The notes: generated by a model not told the origin, from the sequence alone. Positions 36,098 through 45,393 are shown, counted from the first letter of the stretch. The stretch: DNA of 64,000 nucleotides from Candidatus Saccharimonadales bacterium (GCA_025450575.1 JANWHE010000016.1:22777-86776), one strand, 5' to 3'. Numbers and translations are program-made.

Positions 36098-36967
36098 TTA
36101 CTTATAAAAGATCTTGCCGGCGACGCGCACGTCTAAATACTGGGCCGGCTGTTGGCCGGTCTGATTAAAATGATTGCGGGCCGCCAGATATTGGCCGGTC
36201 TGAATCAAGGCATCGCCGCCCAGATAAAACTTGACGAAGTACGGCCGGTCCGAAGTCCGCAGATCCAATTCTTGGGCGACCGGCGGCAGCGTCATCGCCG
36301 ATATCGGGACCTTGGCAACTTTAGTCTCAGCTATGAGAGTCTTGATGAAGTCCACGGCGCCGACATTCAGCAGCGGCTGCCCGATTTTGGAGTTAAAACC
36401 GCTCTGGTCAGTAATCTGCGGTAGGTTCTTGGCGGCTGGCACCTGATTGGCGGGCGCGACTATGACGCCCTGGGAATCAACCACGTAATTACTACTGCCG
36501 CTTCTGACCCGCAGGCTGGCCTGGGAGACAGTGATGCGTAGCGTCGGCTGTTCGCTGAAAATGGGTAGCTCGGTATTTATAGAAGTTATCTCGGGAAATC
36601 GCTTTTCCATGGTCAGCGTCACGGCCTTCTCGTCATAAGTTATCTTGTTACGGTTCTTGATTTGCGAAAATAACCCGTCGGCATAAATCTGGTAATCGCT
36701 ACGGTTGTGAAAAGCTTGGCTGCTGATAAGGACTTTCGGCTTAGAGCTGATGACCAGGCTGTAACCCAAGCCGGCCAGGATAACCAGTATCAGAACAATA
36801 TCCAGAAAGCCGAAAAAGAACCGCCGAGCACTCTTGGGCGCCGGTTTTTTCTGAAATGGACTAGAACCGCCGAGCGCCGGTTCGCCCCGATAGTAAGTAT
36901 TGACCTGGGGCCGCCGTCCACTGAGGCGGGGGCGGCGGGATTCGGATGGTTTACGCGAAGAGTTCAT
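36098..36967 (-). CDS. ftsQ: FtsQ/DivIB-like cell division protein
   Basis: Basic N-terminus, one TM and a POTRA-like region. It sits directly after murG in the dcw cluster. Confidence 0.6.
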   Translation of the reverse strand: MNSSRKPSESRRPRLSGRRPQVNTYYRGEPALGGSSPFQKKPAPKSARRFFFGFLDIVLILVILAGLGYSLVISSKPKVLISSQAFHNRSDYQIYADGLFSQIKNRNKITYDEKAVTLTMEKRFPEITSINTELPIFSEQPTLRITVSQASLRVRSGSSNYVVDSQGVIVAPANQVPAAKNLPQITDQSGFNSKIGQPLLNVGAVDFIKTLIAETKVAKVPISAMTLPPVAQELDLRTSDRPYFVKFYLGGDALIQTGQYLAARNHFNQTGQQPAQYLDVRVAGKIFYK

Positions 36968-38139
36968 TGATTATTGGTGGCGACCTTGAGTATCAGCGAG
37001 GCGAGATCTTTGGAGGCGTTGTTTTTAGCGGTAGCGAATAGGTTGCGGGCCAGCTCGAAGCGCCGGCTGTCATCATTTAAAAGGCTGTTGATAAGTACCA
37101 ACAGCTCATCCGGCTGGACATTGGGCGGCGCGATGACCGCGGCGTCGATATCGGCCAAAGCCTGGGAGTTTTTCAATTGGTGGCCCCCCGCCAGGTGCGG
37201 ACTGGGCACAATGATAGATGTCTTGCCGGCAGCCGCCAGTTCGGCTATGGTCGTAGCCCCCGCCCTGGTCACTACCAGATCGGCGGCAGCCGTCAGCGTA
37301 TAGAAATCCTGGCTATAACCCATCACTACGAGACGCTGCTGATCGTGCTTTGGCAGTTTTTTATAAGTCTCTTTGACTGGCTGCTCGTGCCGTTGGCCGG
37401 TAAGATGCAGGATGTGTAGAGATAAGTTGGCCTCCAGCAGCTCGGCGGCAATCCTGGTTATCAGATTATTAAGCTGTACCGAGCCGCTGCTGCCGCCAGA
37501 GACTAATAGCACCGTACTCTCCGGCGGCAGACCCAGTTGCGCTTTCGCGGCTTTCTGCAGTCTAGGAGTTACTTTTTTAATACGCGCATCAATTGGAATA
37601 CCGACATAATAGGTAGAGCTTTTAGGATAGGGGTAATATTCGGCCGGCATGCCGGTGGCGTGAACCTTCGCCCAGCGGCCGACGATACGATTAGCCAGTC
37701 CCGGCACCGTATCGGAATCATGGGTGATAATCGGGATACCTAATAATTTCGCCGCCAGTGCTACCGGCAAAGCCACGAAACCGCCCTTGCTGAACACCGC
37801 TCCTGGCCGGAACTTACGCAGTATCCTAAAAGAAGCTATGATGCTGCCCGGCAGCCGCAGCATATCTATAAAGTTCTTAGCGAAGATATCCGGGTGCAGA
37901 AGCCCCGAGAAACGCAGCGTGCCGTAACGCCGAAGCTTCCCGGCCTTTATAAAAGCCGTGAAGTCAAAATCATGACTGCTTTGCTCGAACGTATCGAACT
38001 TATCACCCTTATGGCCGACGTAAACAATCTGGCAATCCGGCGACTGCGCTTTAAGTTCTTGGGCGAGCGACAAAAGCGGGGTTATGTGGCCGCCGGTACC
38101 GCCTCCCGTCAAAACTACCGTTGGAAAAGGCTGTTTCAT
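36964..38139 (-). CDS. murG: UDP-GlcNAc:lipid I GlcNAc transferase MurG
   Basis: VVLTGGGTGGHITPLLSLA plus the C-terminal TRAGATTIAE motif. The ATG at 38139 has GGAGG 4 nt upstream. Confidence 0.9.
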   Translation of the reverse strand: MKQPFPTVVLTGGGTGGHITPLLSLAQELKAQSPDCQIVYVGHKGDKFDTFEQSSHDFDFTAFIKAGKLRRYGTLRFSGLLHPDIFAKNFIDMLRLPGSIIASFRILRKFRPGAVFSKGGFVALPVALAAKLLGIPIITHDSDTVPGLANRIVGRWAKVHATGMPAEYYPYPKSSTYYVGIPIDARIKKVTPRLQKAAKAQLGLPPESTVLLVSGGSSGSVQLNNLITRIAAELLEANLSLHILHLTGQRHEQPVKETYKKLPKHDQQRLVVMGYSQDFYTLTAAADLVVTRAGATTIAELAAAGKTSIIVPSPHLAGGHQLKNSQALADIDAAVIAPPNVQPDELLVLINSLLNDDSRRFELARNLFATAKNNASKDLASLILKVATNNQ

Positions 38140-39325
38140 TGACCTCCGTATTAGATTGAACGACGCTGTAACTAGTATAACGTGAAATTTGAAAAACAAT
38201 CCCCAACGCGGCCGTCAGGAAAATCATACTGGTACCTCCCTGGCTGATTAGCGGCAAAGTTATTCCCTTCAGGGGCAGCAGCCCGGTCATGGCGCCGACA
38301 TTGATAATCATCTGAACGCTCAGCCAAGTCATGACGCCGACGACTACTAGCCGCCGTGCCAAGTCGGGTGTCCGTTCGGCAATCCGTTTGAGCCTGGTGA
38401 TCAAAGCCCCGTAAATCACCATAATGGATAGGGTGCCCACAAAGCCGAACTTTTCGGCCATGATAGCGAAAATAGAGTCGTTGGAGGCTTCGGGTAGATA
38501 ACCGTAGGCTTGCACGCTGTAGCCCAGCCCCAAGCCTAAAGCGCCGCCGGAACCGACGGATATCAAGGCTTGGCAGGCTTGATAGCCGGTAGTCAGGCAG
38601 TTTGACTCCGGGTGCAGAAACGTCGCCAACCGCTCGCGCCGATAAGCGCTGGAGGAGACGGCTATGATTAGCAGGATGACTACCAGACCGGCTATCATGG
38701 CGGCTTTTTTCAGGGGAATACCGGCCGCATAAGCCATCACTATCAGCATGGCTATCATAACGCCCGAAGACCCTAGGTCGCTTTGGAATTTGGCGACGAA
38801 AATACCGACCAGGACTAACAGGACAATGAGCGGTTTGAGCGTCGCGTTAAAGTCCGCCAGTCGCCCTTCCCTGGCCCGCTGGGCCAAAAAGCCGGACAGC
38901 CCGATCAACAACGCCAGCTTAATGAGCTCGGCCACCTGAAAAGAGAACCCCCCCAACCTTATCCAGCGATGGGCTTGATAAACGGCGTCGACCGGCATCA
39001 CCATGACCAGTATGGAGCCGCCCAGAGCCGCGAGAGCCAACGGTTTAGCGGCCTTGGGCCAAAAATTCAACGGCGCGTAGGATGCCAGACCGAAAGCACC
39101 AACGCCCAGGGCGATATCTATCAGCTGCTTCACCACGAAATAACTCTGGCTGGTGTTTTGATTGGCGCTTAGAGCCGGGCTTATCGAATAGACTACGACC
39201 AGCCCGATAATCATTAGTAAGGCGCCGATGACCAGCAGCCAGTGGTCCGGCTTATGCCGTCGGGCGGCGCTGCCGGGACCTGAGTACCTGGGCATATCGC
39301 CGCTGAGCCGGTCGCGGCGCTCCAT
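38051..39325 (-). CDS. ftsW: SEDS-family peptidoglycan glycosyltransferase FtsW/RodA
   Basis: Ten-TM protein with the conserved LPEASNDSIFA and GLLPLKGITLPLISQGGTS motifs. Confidence 0.9.
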   Translation of the reverse strand: MERRDRLSGDMPRYSGPGSAARRHKPDHWLLVIGALLMIIGLVVVYSISPALSANQNTSQSYFVVKQLIDIALGVGAFGLASYAPLNFWPKAAKPLALAALGGSILVMVMPVDAVYQAHRWIRLGGFSFQVAELIKLALLIGLSGFLAQRAREGRLADFNATLKPLIVLLVLVGIFVAKFQSDLGSSGVMIAMLIVMAYAAGIPLKKAAMIAGLVVILLIIAVSSSAYRRERLATFLHPESNCLTTGYQACQALISVGSGGALGLGLGYSVQAYGYLPEASNDSIFAIMAEKFGFVGTLSIMVIYGALITRLKRIAERTPDLARRLVVVGVMTWLSVQMIINVGAMTGLLPLKGITLPLISQGGTSMIFLTAALGIVFQISRYTSYSVVQSNTEVNETAFSNGSFDGRRYRRPHNPAFVARPRT

Positions 39326-39329
39326 GGCT

Positions 39330-40367
39330 TTAAGGGCCTCCTAAGATGAACATTACCACGCCCAGGATGGCAAAAACCTGGCCCAGCACCCAGAACCGCA
39401 TAGTGACTTTGGTCTCGGGCCAGCCCAAAGCTTCGAAATGATGGTGGATAGGACTCGATAAGAAGATTTTTTTGCCGGCCCGCAGTTTCTTACTGATAAT
39501 CTGCAGCGCTACCGAACCGATCTCGGCCACGAAGACCAGGCCGATTACCGGCAGAACGAAGACGGTGTCGGTCAGCATGGCTACCACGCCCAGGGCTGTG
39601 CCCAAAGCGAATGAACCGATATCCCCCATGAAAAACCGCGCCGGGAAAATATTGAACCATGTGTAAGACAGCAGAGCGCCGACGATGGTCATACAGAAGC
39701 CCGACAGTCCGTATTTTTTCTCAATCAGAGCTATTATGGCGTAGGCGCCGAAGGCCGTGGCCGCCAAGCCCCCGGCCAAGCCGTCGAGGCCGTCGGTCAT
39801 GTTGACGGCATTAGCAGTCGAGAAAATAACCAGCACGAACAACGGGATAATCAGCCATCCCAGATGCCAGGCATGGAAAAACGGGATGTGGACGGCATGG
39901 ACGCCGAGTTTGTCATAGAACCACCAGCCGCCAATCAGGGCTATGACGACCAGCAGCAAGGCTTTGACTCTGGCGCGCATACCGGCGATGCCGCCGCCGA
40001 TGCCGCGGATATTTATAAAATCATCGAGTAAGCCGATGGCCCCGGCGCCAGCCATAGCCGCCAGCGGCAGCCAGGTCTGCGACCGGCTAAGATTACCGGC
40101 GAGCGTCACTATGATGGTAGCCGCTACGAAAATCATCCCGGCCATGGTCGGGATGTGGCGCTCATGCTTAGCGGCGTGCAATTTCTGATAGATTACCGCT
40201 TTCTCGCCTGTTATAGATGTACTGCGGGCTTTTTTCCACCACTTTCCGCTGAAAGCCGCTTCCGTATATAACGGGGTCAGGAGCATGCTGACTACGAACC
40301 CGAAAAAACCGAACAGAAATATCTGTTGGATGGTCTGGGAATCAATTACTATCGTCAGGTTGGTCAT
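39330..40367 (-). CDS. mraY: Phospho-N-acetylmuramoyl-pentapeptide transferase MraY
   Basis: GLLDDF, NAVNMTDGLDGLA and PIHHHFE motifs. Confidence 0.92.
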   Translation of the reverse strand: MTNLTIVIDSQTIQQIFLFGFFGFVVSMLLTPLYTEAAFSGKWWKKARSTSITGEKAVIYQKLHAAKHERHIPTMAGMIFVAATIIVTLAGNLSRSQTWLPLAAMAGAGAIGLLDDFINIRGIGGGIAGMRARVKALLLVVIALIGGWWFYDKLGVHAVHIPFFHAWHLGWLIIPLFVLVIFSTANAVNMTDGLDGLAGGLAATAFGAYAIIALIEKKYGLSGFCMTIVGALLSYTWFNIFPARFFMGDIGSFALGTALGVVAMLTDTVFVLPVIGLVFVAEIGSVALQIISKKLRAGKKIFLSSPIHHHFEALGWPETKVTMRFWVLGQVFAILGVVMFILGGP

Positions 40368-40438
40368 TTTATTTTTGGAAGCTCACGACTGATTATAACA
40401 CCATAGAATGCCCCGTGCTATATTAATATCAACATCTT

Positions 40439-41431
40439 ATGCACAGTAATTCCGAGCCCGCTAAATGGGATAAGCAGCAGTACGACCTGGGAGCCTCTTT
40501 CCTGCAATCGGCGCCGTGGGCGGATTTTCAGGACTCGATTGGCCATCGGCCGCATTTTATCTCTGGCAGCGGCTGGTCGTGTCTGCTTTTAGAACGCAGA
40601 GCCCCTATCGGACGCTATCTCTTCGCCCCTTACGGCCCGACGATCGCTAAACAGGCCGATCCGGCTGGAGTCTTGGATTCGCTCAAGGCTTACGGCAAAT
40701 CCCAACGGATTGACTGGCTGCGCCTGGAACCGGTTTTTAAAGCCCGGAATCTGGACGAGCAGCGGCAGGTGCTAAAGGCCTCGGGCGGACAGCCGGTCCG
40801 GGAGGTCGAGCCCCATTTAACGCGCCTGGTCGATTTAAGCCGGCCGGATGAGGATATCTTAGCCAGCCTGTCGCAGACCACCCGCAATATCATCCGGCGC
40901 GACCAGCGGCAAAAGACGCTGACTTTTAAAACTTCACGCGATCCGACCGACATCAGCCTTTTCACTAAGATGCTGGACGCCGTCGCCAGCCGTAAGGGCA
41001 TCGGCTTCTTTACGGCCGACTATTATCTCAAACAAGCCGAAGTGCTAATGCCGGCCGGTCTGCTGGTTTTAGAAATCGCCTATGAGAATAAGCGGCCTGT
41101 CGGCACGGCGATGATCCATGATTTCGGCGGCCTGGCGTCTTATACTTATGCCGCAGCCCTTCCCGAGGCACGGGATAAGAACGTCTCCGCCCTACTGCTC
41201 TGGCAGGCGATGCGCAACGCTAAGAACCGCGGTAACACAGCTATCGATCTGTTCGGTATCGCGCCCGACGATGCCGGTCCTGACCATCCTTGGTCTGGCT
41301 TCAGCAATTTCAAAAAAAAGTTCGGCGGCAAAATCGTGGAACGGGCCGGCACATGGGACATCCCTTTGACTGGTAAATATAAGTTATATCGCTTCGCTTT
41401 ATCAGCGCTCAGGCTTACCCGTCGCCGCTAA
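40439..41431 (+). CDS. FemAB-family peptidoglycan interpeptide-bridge aminoacyltransferase
   Basis: Two GNAT-like halves. ASYTYAAALPEARDKNVSALLLWQAMRNAKNRG and FKKKFGG are typical FemAB C-terminal motifs. Confidence 0.8.
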   Translation: MHSNSEPAKWDKQQYDLGASFLQSAPWADFQDSIGHRPHFISGSGWSCLLLERRAPIGRYLFAPYGPTIAKQADPAGVLDSLKAYGKSQRIDWLRLEPVFKARNLDEQRQVLKASGGQPVREVEPHLTRLVDLSRPDEDILASLSQTTRNIIRRDQRQKTLTFKTSRDPTDISLFTKMLDAVASRKGIGFFTADYYLKQAEVLMPAGLLVLEIAYENKRPVGTAMIHDFGGLASYTYAAALPEARDKNVSALLLWQAMRNAKNRGNTAIDLFGIAPDDAGPDHPWSGFSNFKKKFGGKIVERAGTWDIPLTGKYKLYRFALSALRLTRRR

Positions 41432-43212
41432 TGAGTTGCCGGCTCGACTCCGAAATCATTAATCAGCATATCGGCTACCTTGCCAAAGATGGGCGCGGCG
41501 CCCTGCGCGCCGGCTGATTCAAATCCCGGCAGATTCGGCGAGTTAACTAGCACGGCCACCACGTACTGCGGCTTATCTCCACCTACGAAACCTAAGAAGG
41601 TTCCATTATAAACCCCGGCCTTGTAACCGCCGTTCTCGGCGATCTGTCCGGTACCGGTCTTACCGCCTACTTTATAACCCGGATGGTCGTCAGCTTCATA
41701 AACACCGTGATTCTGCTCAAAGACATACTCCATCAGACTTTGTAACTCTTGGCTGACCGCCGGTTTGACGACGTTGCGCCGAACAACGGTCGGCGGCGTG
41801 TTAGTGACTTTGCCGGAACTTGAAGTCACACTGTCAATCACGTGAGGCTTATAGTAGGTGCCGCCGTTCAAAACTGATGATACCGCCGACGCCATCTGCA
41901 GCATGGTAGCCGTCAGACCCTGCCCAAAAGCCATGTTGGCGTACCGCAGATTAAGGGCGCTGCCTTTATCCGGCCCATAGATAGTACCTGGTTGCTCTGC
42001 CGGCTGCTCGACACCCGTCAGTTTACCCAGCTGGAAATGGTTGGTGAAATAGTCGTAGAGGATATCCCTGCCCTTTTGATTGAAGTCCCCGCCGCCCAGC
42101 TGCTTGAAGATATGCACGGCGCCAGTGTTCAATGAATACTTCAGTATCTCCTGAATGCTCACCGGGTTTTGCGGAATATCCTCGACATTTCTGATCGTCG
42201 AACCGTCGATTGTCACGTAGCCCGGGTCGTTATAAGTGCTGTCCAGCGTGATAGCTCCTTGGTCCAGCCCGGTTGATACCGTCAGCGTCTTCATAATCGA
42301 GCCGACCTCAAGCGGCGCTGAGACAGCCAAGTCGTTAAAGGCCGCTGGGTCCTTCACATCGTAAAATTTAGCGGGGTCGTAAGTCGGGTAGTTAGCCAGC
42401 GCTTTGATGCTGCCGTCGTTGGGGTCCATTATGACTAGGCTCCCGGATTGGCTGCCGATTTTCTGCAGACCTTGCTTTAAGATATCCTCAGCTTGGCGCT
42501 GCATGGCTAGATCGAGAGTCAGGACGTAATTGTCGCCAGGTGTCGGATTAATTTGAACATTGTCGCGGCTGGCTGCCAATGGCACACCGTTGACGTCAGT
42601 GATAGCCTTCAGCAGCCCGGGCTTGCCGGCCAGTTGGCTGTCAAACTGCTGTTCAAGGCCGTATTCGCCCTGGCCGTCATCATTGACGAATCCCAGAACT
42701 TGGGCCGCCACCTCTCCTTGCGGATAAACCCGGTAATCCTGAGCCTGCAGCCCAATGCCGGGCAATTTAAAAGCCAGGATTTTTTGATACTGACTTTGCG
42801 TCAGGCGTTTAGCCAGCACCTGGTAGCGGCTGTGCTTGGCGCGCATGGCGCTAGCGTAAGCGGTCTTATCGCCCTGGATGACCGCCGCTATCTTAGCGGC
42901 GCTGGCGTCAGGGTCCTTGACCAGCGTCGGGTCGGCATAAAGAGTGTACAGCTTCTGGTTAAGGACCAGCGGTACGAGGTTGCCGCCCTGGTAGGCTTCG
43001 ATCGTGCCGCGCTCCGGGGCGATGGTGTACTGCTTAAGTTGATCGCTAAGCGCCGCCCGCTGATAGTAATCGTGCCGGATTATCTGAAGGTAAAACAGAC
43101 GGAAAATGATGACGCCGATAATAACCAGCACCGCCGTGTACCAGATGGTCAGACGGCGGTTGGTGTTGATAATCTGCCTGGTATTGCCAGGCCGGGTCGG
43201 TCGCGGTTGCAT
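41428..43212 (-). CDS. ftsI: Class B penicillin-binding protein (FtsI/PBP2 transpeptidase)
   Basis: N-terminal TM, SIMK (SxxK), SLN (SxN) and KTGTG (KTG). Confidence 0.9.
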   Translation of the reverse strand: MQPRPTRPGNTRQIINTNRRLTIWYTAVLVIIGVIIFRLFYLQIIRHDYYQRAALSDQLKQYTIAPERGTIEAYQGGNLVPLVLNQKLYTLYADPTLVKDPDASAAKIAAVIQGDKTAYASAMRAKHSRYQVLAKRLTQSQYQKILAFKLPGIGLQAQDYRVYPQGEVAAQVLGFVNDDGQGEYGLEQQFDSQLAGKPGLLKAITDVNGVPLAASRDNVQINPTPGDNYVLTLDLAMQRQAEDILKQGLQKIGSQSGSLVIMDPNDGSIKALANYPTYDPAKFYDVKDPAAFNDLAVSAPLEVGSIMKTLTVSTGLDQGAITLDSTYNDPGYVTIDGSTIRNVEDIPQNPVSIQEILKYSLNTGAVHIFKQLGGGDFNQKGRDILYDYFTNHFQLGKLTGVEQPAEQPGTIYGPDKGSALNLRYANMAFGQGLTATMLQMASAVSSVLNGGTYYKPHVIDSVTSSSGKVTNTPPTVVRRNVVKPAVSQELQSLMEYVFEQNHGVYEADDHPGYKVGGKTGTGQIAENGGYKAGVYNGTFLGFVGGDKPQYVVAVLVNSPNLPGFESAGAQGAAPIFGKVADMLINDFGVEPATH

Positions 43213-43226
43213 CGCTTGCTATCGTA

Positions 43227-43574
43227 CTACTGGTTTATGGCGCCGGCCGGAGCCACGGATACCAGGTTCTTAGCGGCCTGACTGGCAGCCACCCTGTCGA
43301 GTGACTGTAAACGGGCTGATTGGACCTCTAGGTCGGCTTTCTGATCGTTAAGTGTCTGCTGTTGTTGCTGTAAATTACTGATGCCGTAGCCGTAACTGTT
43401 GGTCTTGGTCACCTGGGTAAGGTATAACAGCCCTACCAGGCAGGCCAGGATAATCAGGATGATGGTATTGCTGATAGGCCCCAAGGTGCGGGCCGACGAT
43501 GAGAACCTGACCGAATTTTGATTGCGGCGGACATAGCCCCGGCGGGAGGCGGCGATTGAACTTGAGTATGTCAT
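43227..43574 (-). CDS. ftsL: FtsL-like small bitopic division protein
   Basis: 115 aa with one TM followed by a coiled-coil region (QQQQTLNDQKADLEVQSARLQ), positioned between rsmH and ftsI. Confidence 0.55.
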   Translation of the reverse strand: MTYSSSIAASRRGYVRRNQNSVRFSSSARTLGPISNTIILIILACLVGLLYLTQVTKTNSYGYGISNLQQQQQTLNDQKADLEVQSARLQSLDRVAASQAAKNLVSVAPAGAINQ

Positions 43575-43754
43575 ATCTTTGTCTTGGTGGCGGCGCCGAA
43601 GCTTTTTTGTAAGTGCCTGTTTAGCCGGCGCCGCCTATTTGATCTTGGATGCTGGCGGTCCTAGTGCAGTACTCTGACCGGCACTCTTTGCATCCTGGAT
43701 CTATCCTTTACCTTAATAGGCATTTGGATTCCTTTTTATCCTTTCTATTTGTTT

Positions 43755-44645
43755 TTATTTTTGCTGCGCGGCTCGCAGTTTTGCGCTGCGGGCCCGCGGA
43801 TTGGAAACTATTTCATCGTGGCTGGCGGTTATCGGCCGCTTGGTCAGTAATTTTAGCCTGGCGTCATAGGTATTGCCGGAATGTTCTGCTAAAAACCGTT
43901 TGACCAGTCGGTCTTCCAAGCTGTGGAAGCTGATGATGGCCAGCCGGCCGCCGGCGCTCAATCTATCGAGCATCAGCGGCAAACTTCGCTCCAGCTGCCC
44001 CAGTTCGTCATTTACGGCGATCCGGATAGCCTGGAAGGTCCTGGTGGCCGGGTGGGTCTTACCCCGCCTGGCCCGGAAACCGGCGGCTCGAGCGATTATA
44101 GTAGCGAGCTGACCGGTATCGGTGATGGGCCGGGCGCGGACGATGGCCCGGGCGATAGCGACGGCTTTCGGCTCCTCGCCGTAGCGGCGGATGATATCCG
44201 CCAGTTCGGCTTCCGAATAGCCATTCACTATCTGCCCGGCATCCATCGCCTGCCGGCGGTCCATACGCATGTCCAGCGGTCCCGGAGCGTTGAACGAAAA
44301 CCCCCGTCCGCTGTCTTCAAGGTGCGGTGAACTTACACCCAGATCTGCCAATATCATGTCAAAACGCCGGCTCTCGCCTGCCAGGCGTTCCAAAGCGCTC
44401 AAAAACTCGGAATGGACTATCAGCGCGCCGCTTTTGCCGAACTTTCGGCGCAGCGTCTCGATAGCATTATCGTCGCGGTCCACTAAAGCGGCTTCTTCCG
44501 GCGCCTTGGTGGCGCTTAGAATGGCCGCGGCATGGCCGCCATAGCCGGCCGTCAAATCCAGGTAACTCTGCCCTGTTTTCGGGTCCAGATATTCTAAAAC
44601 TTCCCGGATCAGTACCGGCTGGTGTGTGGGTTCAGATTTTGGCAT
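43755..44645 (-). CDS. rsmH: 16S rRNA (cytosine1402-N4)-methyltransferase RsmH/MraW
   Basis: HQPVLIREVLEYL, DLTAGYGGHA, DLGVSSPHLE and SFHSLEDR motifs. Confidence 0.92.
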   Translation of the reverse strand: MPKSEPTHQPVLIREVLEYLDPKTGQSYLDLTAGYGGHAAAILSATKAPEEAALVDRDDNAIETLRRKFGKSGALIVHSEFLSALERLAGESRRFDMILADLGVSSPHLEDSGRGFSFNAPGPLDMRMDRRQAMDAGQIVNGYSEAELADIIRRYGEEPKAVAIARAIVRARPITDTGQLATIIARAAGFRARRGKTHPATRTFQAIRIAVNDELGQLERSLPLMLDRLSAGGRLAIISFHSLEDRLVKRFLAEHSGNTYDARLKLLTKRPITASHDEIVSNPRARSAKLRAAQQK

Positions 44646-44733
44646 TTTTGTTTTTGTTTTGGTTTTTGTTTTTGCAAGATCACCTAATTAGCAGTCAGCT
44701 TTTTGTTTTTTTGGGGTTTTTGTTTTTGTTTTC
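44645..44733 (-). repeat. A/C-rich (CAAAA)n-type tracts on the transcribed strand immediately upstream of rsmH
   Basis: Minus strand reads GCAAAAACAAAAACCAAAACAAAAACAAAA-ATG (44645-44674). A second tract lies at 44699-44733. No SD-like purine motif. Confidence 0.8.
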
Positions 44734-45033
44734 CCGCTTTAGGTTTGAAAACGGGATTTTTAGTGAAGCTTTGGGCGCGAATCGGTAAAGATTCTTGCTG
44801 GCAAGGCTTCAGAAAAGTTCTTTGTGAGAGACTTTTGTGAGGTGGAGTTTTGGGAGGTGTTACAAATGAAAAAGGTGCGAAGGTTTTGGTAACGATGGTT
44901 GCCTAATGGGTCCACCGGCTGACTGCCAATTAGCTGACCTCGAAGTTATCGAACGGGTTTAGTCTAATTACCAGTTGTTTGCTTGCTACTAAATTGTTAA
45001 GTTGCGTCTTTTAGCTGCCATATCCGAGCTATT

Positions 45034-45393
45034 TCATGTGCCCCTCGCCTGCAGGCGCCAATAGCGCCCGGCGCGCACCGCTACCACTTCCCGGCCAATG
45101 CCGGCATAGTCCAGCAGATGCTGTTCCAACGTGATCCTGCCCTGTTTGGCATCGATCTCGCTTTGCGTCTTGCCCATCCGGAACTGAACGTTGAGGTCGG
45201 CCGTACGCTCATCCAGGATGTCTCCTTGCAGCGCCGGCTCCATCAGCTCGTCCCAGACGGCTTTCGGATATAGATGTAGGTAGTTTTGAAAACCTCGGGT
45301 GATGACCGCTCCGGACGCGAATTCGGCACGAAGCTCGGTCGGCAATGTCAGCCGCCGCTTATCATCAAGCCTGCGTTCGAAGTAGTCTCCCAT
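45034..45393 (-). CDS. mraZ: Transcriptional regulator MraZ (short, 119 aa)
   Basis: LDDKRRLTLPTELR and DAKQGRITLEQHL: two SpoVT/AbrB-type DxxxR modules, at the first position of the dcw cluster. Confidence 0.8.
   Translation of the reverse strand: MGDYFERRLDDKRRLTLPTELRAEFASGAVITRGFQNYLHLYPKAVWDELMEPALQGDILDERTADLNVQFRMGKTQSEIDAKQGRITLEQHLLDYAGIGREVVAVRAGRYWRLQARGT

Noticed and set aside
44846-44909. 8-codon plus-strand mini-ORF (MKKVRRFW) preceded by GGGAGG in the mraZ-rsmH spacer. Also the GATCACCT string resembling the 16S rRNA 3' end.
   Set aside because: Both are on the strand opposite to the dcw operon, with no promoter evidence. They are most simply by-products of the C/A-rich repeats on the sense strand.
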